From Crocosphaera subtropica ATCC 51142 (GTDB lineage Bacteria; Cyanobacteriota; Cyanobacteriia; Cyanobacteriales; Microcystaceae): a stretch of 32,000 bases of DNA. Shown here one piece after another: positions 1 to 8,762 of this stretch. The stretch covers positions 4,440,001-4,472,000 of the forward strand of contig NC_010546.1 of NCBI RefSeq assembly GCF_000017845.1, given 5' to 3'. The position numbers and the translations under genes were made by a program. Each line of letters starts with the position of its first letter. Positions within the stretch are counted from its first letter, which is position 1. The notes under the pieces were generated by a model that was not told the origin of the DNA, ran no database searches, and saw nothing but the letters and a program-made list of their open reading frames with translations.

Positions 1-634
1 CTTTAAAGTTTAACATGCCTCTAGAATGATAGTCAGGTTTTTCTAATCCTAATTCTTCTAAAGTTGGAATTTTCCCTAGTTCAATATTAGGAAAAGGTAG
101 TAATTTTATCGGAGTTATTAATGTGGGGTTTACCGTAGAACTTTTTTCAACTTTTTTACGAAAACTGGTAAAAACTTCTGGTAATTGATTCACTTCAAAA
201 GGTAAATCATCCCAATGATATAATGTTGATCCCCAAAATCCTTGGACTTTAACTTTCAGAGGTTTTAAAGCTTGTTTGACTTCTTTTTCTACTGTAGTTT
301 CTTCTGATGTTACTTCTTCATGAAAATAAACTGCATCTATTTCTAACTCTTTAATTAATTCAGGGATTATTTTTTCAGGATACCCTTTTCTAACAATTAA
401 ATTACTGCCTAAGTCTTGTAAAGATTGGCGTAAGTTAGCAACACTTTCTAACAAAAATTGACCTCTAAAATTACCCGTTTTAGGAAAGCCATAAGAAGTA
501 GTTTTAAATTGTCGAATATCAAAACAATACAAAGGAATTATTAAAGCACCCTCTTTAATAGCTTGATACATTGGTTCATGGTCATGAATTCGTAAATCAT
601 TACGATACCAAATTAAAATTTTTTTATTAGACAT
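1..634 (-). CDS. Cryptochrome DASH / DNA photolyase family protein. The N-terminal part is in the window; the gene continues past the window's left edge.
   Basis: Reverse-strand translation from ATG (complement of 632-634) reads MSNKKILIWYRNDLRIHDHEPMYQAIKEGALIIPLYCFDIRQFKTTSYGFPKTGNFRGQFLLESVANL... This closely parallels the N-terminal alpha/beta domain of cyanobacterial Cry-DASH (WFRNDLRLHDHEP...KTG...FL..S...L). It is absent from the ORF track because it runs off the window. Confidence 0.85.
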   Translation of the reverse strand, partial: MSNKKILIWYRNDLRIHDHEPMYQAIKEGALIIPLYCFDIRQFKTTSYGFPKTGNFRGQFLLESVANLRQSLQDLGSNLIVRKGYPEKIIPELIKELEIDAVYFHEEVTSEETTVEKEVKQALKPLKVKVQGFWGSTLYHWDDLPFEVNQLPEVFTSFRKKVEKSSTVNPTLITPIKLLPFPNIELGKIPTLEELGLEKPDYHSRGMLNFK

Positions 635-790
635 ACCCAATAATTTCATTTATTAAGATTTGTTAAGTATGATAACATTTTTACTCTAATATTTAAAATC
701 CGCGTGTTTTTGGGCGATCGCATAGGGTTTATATAACAGTTAGAAATAGCAATCGCCATATTTCAAAATTTTTTACAAAATCATAAAATA

Positions 791-822
791 TCTAGACAAA
801 TCTAGGTAAATCTGGTTATACT
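791..822 (+). promoter_or_regulatory. Candidate promoter overlapped by three tandem 10-bp iterons, upstream of the three-gene module.
   Basis: Iterons are TCTAGACAAA / TCTAGGTAAA / TCTGGTTATA at 791-800, 801-810 and 811-820. The -35-like TAGACA is at 793-798 and the -10-like TATACT at 817-822, with 18-nt spacing. A GAGGA Shine-Dalgarno lies at 835-839. Confidence 0.35.
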
Positions 823-846
823 CGAAACAGCACTGAGGAAAAAGTC

Positions 847-2097
847 ATTTCTGAGTTTGTTAGTCCAAAAGAAGCAGCACAGAGTCTTGGGGTTAGCGTC
901 GATACTTTGCGACGTTGGGAAAAAGCTGGAAAAATTAGTGCAATTAGAACGGCCGCAGGACATAGAAGATATGACGTTCATTCAGTACATAAACAGGACA
1001 CTCAAAATGATAGGGAGAAATATTGGGTGAATGAGGAAACAGTACAAAGAATTGCCAAGGGAATCTGTCAGTATCATCAAAATATAAACAGGCAAAAATT
1101 ATCTCAATATCCAGCTAATTTACAGTTAGCAGTCGATAAATTAATCATCAAGTGTTTGTTAACAAAAACAGAGCCTCTACAGGGAGTTCCAGATTTTCTT
1201 AATCGTTGGGCAAAACAGCTTTTGCAAGATTGGGATTTGGATATTAATTGTCCTGAAGATTGGCATAGTAAATCTTTAATAGAAGAACAAAAACCGAGTA
1301 ATTTTTGTGTTGAAACTGCAGAGGAATATTTAGAAGAATACGGTAATTTTCAAAGAAAGGTAGTTGAAAAGCTAAGATTAAAAGCTTTTTGCGATTGCGA
1401 TTTATATACTAAGTTTCGGCAATATATTATCGAACATCCTATAATTACTAAAGGTGAACTAGATACAACCGCTATTTTAGAGTTTTCATCATTAAAAGAA
1501 TTATTAATAGACTGTTACGAACTAGCACCAGAATCGTATAAAAAAGATGGTAATTTCTATTATTGCGGTCATTGTGGTGGTTTGATGTATTTAAAAAGTG
1601 ATGGTGATTTGCGATGTGAAAATCGTCATTGTTTGCAATATAAGAAAAAACCAATTCCTTTTAAAGCAGATAGTAACGATTTAGTTTTATGGTTAAAGCA
1701 AGATTTACGCTATTTTATGCACCGCCCTGGTAGACCAGAAGTAAGGTTATTTAATAAGCTAAAAAAATTAGATTTAAAAGAGGTAATTCTTTTTCCTAAC
1801 TTAGATATATACGATATACATTTAGTTTTTCCTGACGATACAGTTTGGGCGATTGATCTTAAGTTTTGGGAGTCAGCATATAACTTAGCTAAGAAAGTCG
1901 ATAAACCTATTCCACGTTGGAAAGAACAGCCTTACAACGAATGTTTTTTCATATTTCCTGATGAGATAAAACACTACAGTAAGGAATATATACAAGAATT
2001 CAGAAGTTATTGTACTGTTCCTCTCAAAAAATCTCAGGTCATGTTTGAAGGTGCATTTATGCAGAAAGTAAAAAGAAAATTAGGTAAACAATCATGA
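847..2097 (+). CDS. MerR/excisionase-type HTH + 4-Cys zinc ribbon + PD-(D/E)xK restriction-endonuclease-fold protein. This matches the nuclease component of a pPIWI-RE-type three-gene island. The start is uncertain: ATT at 847 is proposed, and the ORF track begins at TTG 907.
   Basis: The frame is open from 796. The residues upstream of the tracked start (ISEFVSPKEAAQSLGVSVDTL) complete the HTH (EAA..LGVS..TLRRWEKAGKI...R...GHRRY). The Zn ribbon is CGHCGG...CENRHC. The C-terminal YDIHLVFPDDTVWAIDLKFW fits a D...D-x-K nuclease core. The stop overlaps the next gene's start (ATGA at 2094-2097). Confidence 0.7.
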   Translation: MSEFVSPKEAAQSLGVSVDTLRRWEKAGKISAIRTAAGHRRYDVHSVHKQDTQNDREKYWVNEETVQRIAKGICQYHQNINRQKLSQYPANLQLAVDKLIIKCLLTKTEPLQGVPDFLNRWAKQLLQDWDLDINCPEDWHSKSLIEEQKPSNFCVETAEEYLEEYGNFQRKVVEKLRLKAFCDCDLYTKFRQYIIEHPIITKGELDTTAILEFSSLKELLIDCYELAPESYKKDGNFYYCGHCGGLMYLKSDGDLRCENRHCLQYKKKPIPFKADSNDLVLWLKQDLRYFMHRPGRPEVRLFNKLKKLDLKEVILFPNLDIYDIHLVFPDDTVWAIDLKFWESAYNLAKKVDKPIPRWKEQPYNECFFIFPDEIKHYSKEYIQEFRSYCTVPLKKSQVMFEGAFMQKVKRKLGKQS

Positions 2098-5000
2098 GAA
2101 ATATCACCGAATGGCAAGAATCATTGAAAGATGATTTAGATACTGGATTGTTAAATGTAGAGTTAGGGCTTTATTTATTAGAAAGTCTTCTTCCTAATGC
2201 AACAGCTAAGAGTTTATGGGTTTTATTAACTGGATACGATTATTCATTTACTGAAAAGCAAAACTGGACGCAAGAACAAAGACAAATGTTAAGTATTGCC
2301 CGTCATTTATTGGCACAATATGCTTCACCTAAACTCTGGTCTGATACTTTAGATAGATATCAAGAATATCCAGAAGAAACTAGAGGTTATGAAATAACAG
2401 AATTGGGTACTTTTGAGAGACGAACTAATATTACTGTTGCTAATAATCGCTTTGAAGTTTACGAAAGAAGTTTAAATACACCAGTTGTTTTATCTCAGAG
2501 GAAAGAAGTAAGCTGGGCAAGGGAAGGACAATATAAATGTGAAGTAGAAAAGCGTATGGATACTGTCACTATTACTTCAGAGTTAGCTAATTTTCCCCGT
2601 CCTCCTAGTCATAATTTAAACAATAATTCGCAAAGAGAAACTTTAAACATACCCTGGCGAGATTTACATTCTACAGCAGAATGGATGGACGAACAGCGAA
2701 TAGAAAAAGGTTTAAATCCAATCTGGATAAACTGTTTTGAACGCATGAAATTAGAAGTATTTAATGATAGTGAAGAACTGGTAGAAGCGGATTATTTAAG
2801 ATTAGACTGCATCAAACATTTAGGAGGGATTCCTTCTGCTGGTAAATCAGTGTTGATGAAAGTTTTAACAGTATATGCTTATCGCCGAGGATTGAAAGTA
2901 ACTTTAATTGTTGCCGATGTTTTGCAAATATTCGATCTGATTAAAACATTTACAGAAGTAAATATCAATGATGTTGCGCCGATTTTAGGTAATTCTAATA
3001 AAGCTAGTCATTTAAGTCGGTTACATAAAGCAGTTTATAATGCTAATCCAAACGAACCTTATAATCAAAATCATCCAGGGTTTAAATATTTAAGTAGTGC
3101 TTGTTTGCTGACTCCTTATATTACTCCGAGATTAGAAAAAGCTTTTGAAATTGGCAAGCAACCTTGCTTTAGTTTAGAACCCATTGAATCAGAAGAAAGC
3201 GAAGAATTTACTAACAATAAATATTGTCCTGCTTATGGTGTTTGTCCTTCCCATCAAAAAGAAAGAGATTTAGTAAAAGCTTCAATTTGGATTGCTACCC
3301 CAGGCAGTTTAATTTATTCCAAAGTACCTCGAACGATTAATCGAGAAAATATTATTTATTTTGAATTAATGGCGAGGCGTAGCGATTTAGTAATTATCGA
3401 TGAAGTTGATCAACATCAAGCTTATTTGGATAGTGCATTTAGTCCCAATCAAACGTTACGTCGTCCTACTAGAGATGCTTGGATAGATGAATTACATGAC
3501 TTAGTTGAAACTAAATTAAAATATACTCAATCTAAGTTATTACATAAAGATTTTATTGCTGATTGGTGGGACGCTTTACAAGAAGCGCGTCAGATAGCCG
3601 ATACTATTTATGGATTATTAACAGAAGAAAATAGAATTAATTTGGGTAAGTGGCGTAGCTATAAAAGATATTTTACAGATTGGTTGCTGTTAAATGAGGT
3701 AGCAACATTACTGACAGTAAGGAATAAACAAGAACCACAGCCAGAAGAAATTAACAATCGACAATGGTTTATGCAATATGTTTTTCAGCCTTACATAAAC
3801 AGTAAACTAGAACCTGATGTAAAAGCTGAAGAATTAGATCAAAGAGATAAACAATTATTATTACAATTAACTTTAATAGCAAATAAGAAAAAGAAAAAAT
3901 TAGCTATTAGAAAATGGATTAATGAAGTAGCAACTATTCAATTATCAAAAGAAGAAAAAAATAAAGTTATAGCAACGCTAGAATTTGCTTTGCTTGTTTG
4001 TACTTTACAAAGAAATCTCTATTTAGTTACCAGTAGGTGGCAATTTGTTAGAGGAATATTAAACCTAAATATGTCCGATTCAATGTGGTTTGAATTTCCG
4101 CCTTTAGACTTTAATCCTCTGATTCCTAATATGCCAATGGGGAATCAGTTAGCCTTTCAATATCTTAAATCATATAAAGAACCATTAGGAAGTTTACAGG
4201 TTTTTCGTTGTACTGGGGTAGGACGTTGGCTATTTACTAACTTTGCTAATTTGTTTCAAGGCGATAATTTTAAACCTCCTTATTTATTAATGATGTCAGG
4301 GACAAGTTGGGCGGGTGAATCTTCCGCTTTTCATGTTGATGTTCCTGTATCGGGAATAATTTCGCCAAGGGAAGAAAAAGAGATAAAAATAGACTCAAAA
4401 TTTTTACCTTTTTATGACGACCAACAAAAACCTATATCTGTTTCTGGTACAGGGGATAAAAAAGACTATAATCTGAAAAAAATTGTTAGTAAATTAGTAG
4501 AAAAAAATTATTTAGAAGAAAAATTACAGCAGTTAAACGGTAGAAAGATTTTATTACTGGTAAACAGTTATTTGCAAGTTGATACAGTTTACGAACATCT
4601 CAAAGATTTGGGTTGGGAAGATAGGGTTATCCCTTTATCTCGTGACGACGAAAATATTAATGAATGGGAAGATATTAAAGATAAATCATTACAAAGGGGA
4701 CAATCAAAAGAATTTGCAACAGGGAAAGAAGAAATATTAATTGCACCATTAAAGTCTATTGAACGGGGGCATAATATTGTTAATGTTGATGGAAAAGCAG
4801 CCATTGGTGCAGCCTACTTTTTAGTTTTACCTCATCCGAGTCCTGACGATCTTTCTTATGCAATTCATTCTATCAATCGTTGGGCGATCGATAATTACAA
4901 AAAGGTTAGTGGTGAAACTTTAGACGAATTGGGGGATAACTTTCGCAAAAATGCTTATGCTAAATGGCGACATTGGTTACAGCTTTCGATTAGATTAAGA

Positions 5001-5345
5001 ACTTTACCTCAAGACGAACAATATAGTGATCGCAATGCTGTTTATTGGGACATTATTGTTTGTCTATGGCAAGTAATTGGTCGTTTAATTAGGGGAAATG
5101 CTAACGCTGAAGTTTTTTGGTGCGATGCTAAATTTGCCCCCAATACGGCTAAAAATGGTGATGAATCCGATAATGTAGCAACTAGCACTTTAGTAGGAAT
5201 TGCTCATTTATTGCATCCCTATTTTCAAGAGGATTCCGATATACCGCAGCAAGAAAAATTAATTGTACAGCGTTTGTACAAGCCTTTTTATAAAGCTATT
5301 ATTCAAACAAAAGGTGTGTCAGGTTTACCAATAGTAAACATTTAG
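2094..5345 (+). CDS. Large SF2 helicase-like P-loop ATPase, DinG/XPD-like. This matches the helicase component of the pPIWI-RE-type island.
   Basis: Walker A is GGIPSAGKSVL and Walker B is LVIIDEVDQHQ. Four Cys (codons at 3102, 3165, 3225, 3243) sit between Walker A and B, as in the Fe-S insert of XPD/DinG helicases. The gene is translationally coupled to the upstream gene and lies 18 nt before the downstream gene. Confidence 0.65.
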   Translation: MRNITEWQESLKDDLDTGLLNVELGLYLLESLLPNATAKSLWVLLTGYDYSFTEKQNWTQEQRQMLSIARHLLAQYASPKLWSDTLDRYQEYPEETRGYEITELGTFERRTNITVANNRFEVYERSLNTPVVLSQRKEVSWAREGQYKCEVEKRMDTVTITSELANFPRPPSHNLNNNSQRETLNIPWRDLHSTAEWMDEQRIEKGLNPIWINCFERMKLEVFNDSEELVEADYLRLDCIKHLGGIPSAGKSVLMKVLTVYAYRRGLKVTLIVADVLQIFDLIKTFTEVNINDVAPILGNSNKASHLSRLHKAVYNANPNEPYNQNHPGFKYLSSACLLTPYITPRLEKAFEIGKQPCFSLEPIESEESEEFTNNKYCPAYGVCPSHQKERDLVKASIWIATPGSLIYSKVPRTINRENIIYFELMARRSDLVIIDEVDQHQAYLDSAFSPNQTLRRPTRDAWIDELHDLVETKLKYTQSKLLHKDFIADWWDALQEARQIADTIYGLLTEENRINLGKWRSYKRYFTDWLLLNEVATLLTVRNKQEPQPEEINNRQWFMQYVFQPYINSKLEPDVKAEELDQRDKQLLLQLTLIANKKKKKLAIRKWINEVATIQLSKEEKNKVIATLEFALLVCTLQRNLYLVTSRWQFVRGILNLNMSDSMWFEFPPLDFNPLIPNMPMGNQLAFQYLKSYKEPLGSLQVFRCTGVGRWLFTNFANLFQGDNFKPPYLLMMSGTSWAGESSAFHVDVPVSGIISPREEKEIKIDSKFLPFYDDQQKPISVSGTGDKKDYNLKKIVSKLVEKNYLEEKLQQLNGRKILLLVNSYLQVDTVYEHLKDLGWEDRVIPLSRDDENINEWEDIKDKSLQRGQSKEFATGKEEILIAPLKSIERGHNIVNVDGKAAIGAAYFLVLPHPSPDDLSYAIHSINRWAIDNYKKVSGETLDELGDNFRKNAYAKWRHWLQLSIRLRTLPQDEQYSDRNAVYWDIIVCLWQVIGRLIRGNANAEVFWCDAKFAPNTAKNGDESDNVATSTLVGIAHLLHPYFQEDSDIPQQEKLIVQRLYKPFYKAIIQTKGVSGLPIVNI

Positions 5346-5363
5346 TTTCAAGGAACAATTTTT

Positions 5364-8258
5364 ATGGTTTATCAAACAATTTCGGCTTTAGCTTTAAAAT
5401 TAAAAGCTGATTTACAATCACAAACTTATTACAGACTACAATTTAATAACTCCGAAGAAGCAATACATTATCTCAAACTATTAACAGCACAACGTAACAA
5501 ACAATCGGTAGAAAAAACAACTATTCCTTCTAAGTCTCTTTATCAAGCACTAAGATTACTTCCTGGTTTAATTCATATCGGTCAACTGTCATCTTACTCT
5601 GGAAACTATTTAGCTTATAGTCCTCAACCTATAGATAAAACATATATTAGAGCAATTATAAATTGCTGGATTGATTTAGAATTTCCCGACAACCCAACAA
5701 CTAAAAAAAAGCAAGGTATTACTGCTGAAGAAAGAGACAATGCAAAAAGCTTTTTTTCTGAGAACAACTTAGCTTGGTTTGAAGAAAATATTACTTTTAA
5801 TAATAAATTTAAGACTCATCCAAACGGTACAGCAACTCTAGCTAACGATGATTTTATTTTGCTTTCTTATACTATGGCGGCGGAATTAACCAAACCAGAA
5901 TGTACTTTTATAGTAGATAATCAACCGTTAAAATTTTATCGCACCACCTCATCTAAATTTCAACCTATAGAGTTAATATCTTGGAATCCCATTAAAGCAA
6001 CAATAGGAGAAGAAATCTATTATTATTCACTTGTTTTAACAATTAAAGTTGAAACTATACCCTATCAATCCTATCCCGAAATACATATTAAACCTAGTAT
6101 TAGAAGGTGGTTGAGTTTACCTAATTCTAGACTTTCTCATAATCATTCAAGTAATGCTTTTATCTTGACAGATTTGCAGTGGGGTAAATCAACTAATCCT
6201 AATAATTTTAGTAAATGCTTTGTTTCCTATCTCATGAAGATGTATAAACAAACAATTGATGGTGAAAGTCAATGGATACCTAATTGGAAGAATAGAAATA
6301 GAATCACTCAACTTTTAACAGAATTAAATACATTATCTGCTACACCTCAAGAAATATTATCCAATCCAGTAAATTATTTACAAAGCAATTCTAAAGAATC
6401 AATCGGCGTTGTTTTTAAAGAAGGAATGACACCACAACATCAGGTAGGAAAAGGTTTACCCACTTTAAATGTCAAAGAATTATACGAACAAATAAACAAT
6501 ATTGGCTTTGTTAAAAACCATTTTGAAACAATATCCTATCAACGGGAAACTTATGATGTTAGCAAACAGTCTCAACAATATTTTGATTTAGCTAAACCAA
6601 AAAAAAGTTTTGACGAACCTATAGTAAAACGGCAACCTGAAACTGAAGATCAGTTTGAAGCTAGAAAGAAAAAACTAGAACAGAAACAGCAAACCAAACT
6701 AAAAAACTGCAAAAAGAAAAAAAAAGAATCAGATGAACAATATAAAGATAGAAAGCAACAGTTAATTAAAAAACAAGAGGAAGATTTAGAAGCACTAAAA
6801 CCTAAATCAGAGGAAGATAGAAAAAAGGAATTTACAGCAGAATTAGAAGCGTTTAAACAAAACAAAGAACAGTGGCAAGCAGAATTAAGAACCGCTATTC
6901 TTGATTCTGGTATTAAAAACTTAACTCTTTGGCTGTGGCATATCAAAGACGATAATCTAAAAGAGCGTCTCAAAGCTATTCAATATTGTTTGGGTATACA
7001 GGAACTAAAAGATGGTATTTATTCTTTTGGTGAAGGATTAACCATTAATATTAAAACTCAAGAAATGGGCAGAATTGCAGAGAGATTAAATTTATCTGTT
7101 GACGAAAAACCAGATAATCAGACAATAATTGAAGCTACCAAACAAAGAATTACTGAAATTAGAGAAATAGTTCAATCTAAGACAGACAATATTGCAGAAT
7201 ATACAGCAGTCTGGGTTGAACTCGAAGGAGAACAATATTATAAGTTTACCAAAAAGAAATACTCCCCGTGGTGCGACCCAAAAAATGCTATTAAATTGGG
7301 GTTTGCCAAGTTAGGTTTTGTCAGCAAGTTTATAACTCCACAAAGGAAAAGCTATAAACACAAAGCCATTACCAGCTTAATAGAATTATTGCGACAGTTA
7401 GGAGTTAGAATTGCACCTTCTAATATTCAATTAAGTAACGTAGATTCTAATATTTCAATTAATGAAGTAGCATTATGGTTGGTAAATAAAACAGGTGAAA
7501 GTACAATTAACAATCAATCTTTAATTTTACCTGTAATGGTGAGAATGGTTTCAGATTCGCAACAAATAGAAGCTATTTTTCCTGGTAGTGATGAATGGAT
7601 ACCGTATCGCAAAGCATTAACTAAAATCAATGATGCTGAAAGCTGGAAAAACGATAACGAAGGTAAAAATAAAGTTAGAACTTTTATACAACAAACACTT
7701 AAAATCAAAGAACTAAGAAATAAACCCACAATACTTTATTGTAAAGCAGAAAATATCCGTTCAGCTTGGTCTTGGTTACAAGATACACAAATATCTAATG
7801 AAGGATTATCTTTCGGTGAAAGAGATAAACCGCTATTTGAAGAATTCAAAAATTTACGAGTAATTCGATTACGAAATAGCGAAACCTCTGAATGGTTTGC
7901 TATGGATGGCGAAAAAATATCGGGATTCGTGACGGGTTTATTCAAGAAAAAACAAAGCGATTGCGTATTCTATAGCTTGGGAAACAAAAGCGCACAAATG
8001 ACTGGGCAAAACTCGGATTCAAAAATTAAAAATCCTGCAAACAGTTGGGGACATCCATCACTTTTAGAAATAACTATTGGTTACTATCAGCAAGAAGATA
8101 ATCTTACAGAATTAGCTGCGATCGCACACGAATCAAGAAAAGGTATTTTGCAGTATGCAGACTGTTTGGAAGTACCGAGAGTTTTACACTACGCCAAGCA
8201 AATAAATGAATATGTTTTGATTAAAAATGAAACGGAAAACGAAGATGAGGAAAACTAA
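5364..8258 (+). CDS. pPIWI-RE-like protein (prokaryotic PIWI/Argonaute-related) with a large K/E-rich coiled-coil insertion.
   Basis: 964 aa. The C-terminal tail CLEVPRVLHYAKQINEYV resembles the PIWI C-terminal P-x-P-h-H/Y-Y-A-x-x-h motif. AVWVELEG...NAIKLGFAKLGFVSKFITPQ resembles the first PIWI strand plus the helix-GhxSQ strand. VIRLRNSETSEW may carry the family's R...E signature. The gene context (REase + DinG-like helicase) is the published pPIWI-RE arrangement. Assigned from motifs and context only. Confidence 0.6.
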   Translation: MVYQTISALALKLKADLQSQTYYRLQFNNSEEAIHYLKLLTAQRNKQSVEKTTIPSKSLYQALRLLPGLIHIGQLSSYSGNYLAYSPQPIDKTYIRAIINCWIDLEFPDNPTTKKKQGITAEERDNAKSFFSENNLAWFEENITFNNKFKTHPNGTATLANDDFILLSYTMAAELTKPECTFIVDNQPLKFYRTTSSKFQPIELISWNPIKATIGEEIYYYSLVLTIKVETIPYQSYPEIHIKPSIRRWLSLPNSRLSHNHSSNAFILTDLQWGKSTNPNNFSKCFVSYLMKMYKQTIDGESQWIPNWKNRNRITQLLTELNTLSATPQEILSNPVNYLQSNSKESIGVVFKEGMTPQHQVGKGLPTLNVKELYEQINNIGFVKNHFETISYQRETYDVSKQSQQYFDLAKPKKSFDEPIVKRQPETEDQFEARKKKLEQKQQTKLKNCKKKKKESDEQYKDRKQQLIKKQEEDLEALKPKSEEDRKKEFTAELEAFKQNKEQWQAELRTAILDSGIKNLTLWLWHIKDDNLKERLKAIQYCLGIQELKDGIYSFGEGLTINIKTQEMGRIAERLNLSVDEKPDNQTIIEATKQRITEIREIVQSKTDNIAEYTAVWVELEGEQYYKFTKKKYSPWCDPKNAIKLGFAKLGFVSKFITPQRKSYKHKAITSLIELLRQLGVRIAPSNIQLSNVDSNISINEVALWLVNKTGESTINNQSLILPVMVRMVSDSQQIEAIFPGSDEWIPYRKALTKINDAESWKNDNEGKNKVRTFIQQTLKIKELRNKPTILYCKAENIRSAWSWLQDTQISNEGLSFGERDKPLFEEFKNLRVIRLRNSETSEWFAMDGEKISGFVTGLFKKKQSDCVFYSLGNKSAQMTGQNSDSKIKNPANSWGHPSLLEITIGYYQQEDNLTELAAIAHESRKGILQYADCLEVPRVLHYAKQINEYVLIKNETENEDEEN

Positions 8259-8315
8259 AAGCGATCGCAAATTACTGTTATCTCATATCTTACACTTTCG
8301 ATAATCCGCCCCAGG

Positions 8316-8350
8316 GGGGTAGGGAATAGGGGAATGGGCAATGGGCAATA
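8316..8350. repeat. STRR-like G-rich heptamer tandem repeat.
   Basis: GGGAATA GGGGAAT GGGCAAT GGGCAAT read directly from the sequence. A HIP1 GCGATCGC lies just upstream at about 8262. Confidence 0.7.
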
Positions 8351-8603
8351 GTGTTTGTTTTTAACTGTAACTACTTGAGAATTAATTTTCTCTAGTTTTT
8401 TGTTTAGTTTTTATGTAAGGCGTGCAAGATGTCAGTTATTGTCTCTTATAAATATAATTGTGTCTTATCTAAATTGAATTGATTATAACATCCCCCAAAA
8501 GCATGAAAAAAAATCATCTGTTATGGGGAGGTGACATAGAAAAAGAAATTGTTTGAATAGAAATAACTTTAATTGAGATATATTACTTTGAGGAGTGCTA
8601 CTT

Positions 8604-8762
8604 ATGTTATACAAACCACTTAAATTAATGCTTATCACTGCTACTATTTTTGTGTGGATCAGACTCCTAGCAGGAACCGTAGAAGTCTTTAATAATCCTA
8701 ACCAAAGCTTATTAGATAATCAAACCATCGCTTCAGAATCTAAGTCGTATATTCAGCGTTGA
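8604..8762 (+). CDS. Hypothetical small membrane protein (52 aa).
   Basis: ATG 8604 is preceded by GAGGAG. Translation is MLYKPLKLMLITATIFVWIRLLAGTVEVF..., with one hydrophobic helix. Its 3' end overlaps the convergent argJ stop by about 20 nt. No homology was recognised. Confidence 0.25.
   Translation: MLYKPLKLMLITATIFVWIRLLAGTVEVFNNPNQSLLDNQTIASESKSYIQR

Noticed and set aside
8495-8550. The 17-codon ORF MKKNHLLWGGDIEKEIV and the surrounding CCCC…GGGG hairpin, as a leader peptide or attenuator.
   Set aside because: There is no downstream co-oriented biosynthetic gene to attenuate. The hairpin is imperfect and no U-tract follows it.
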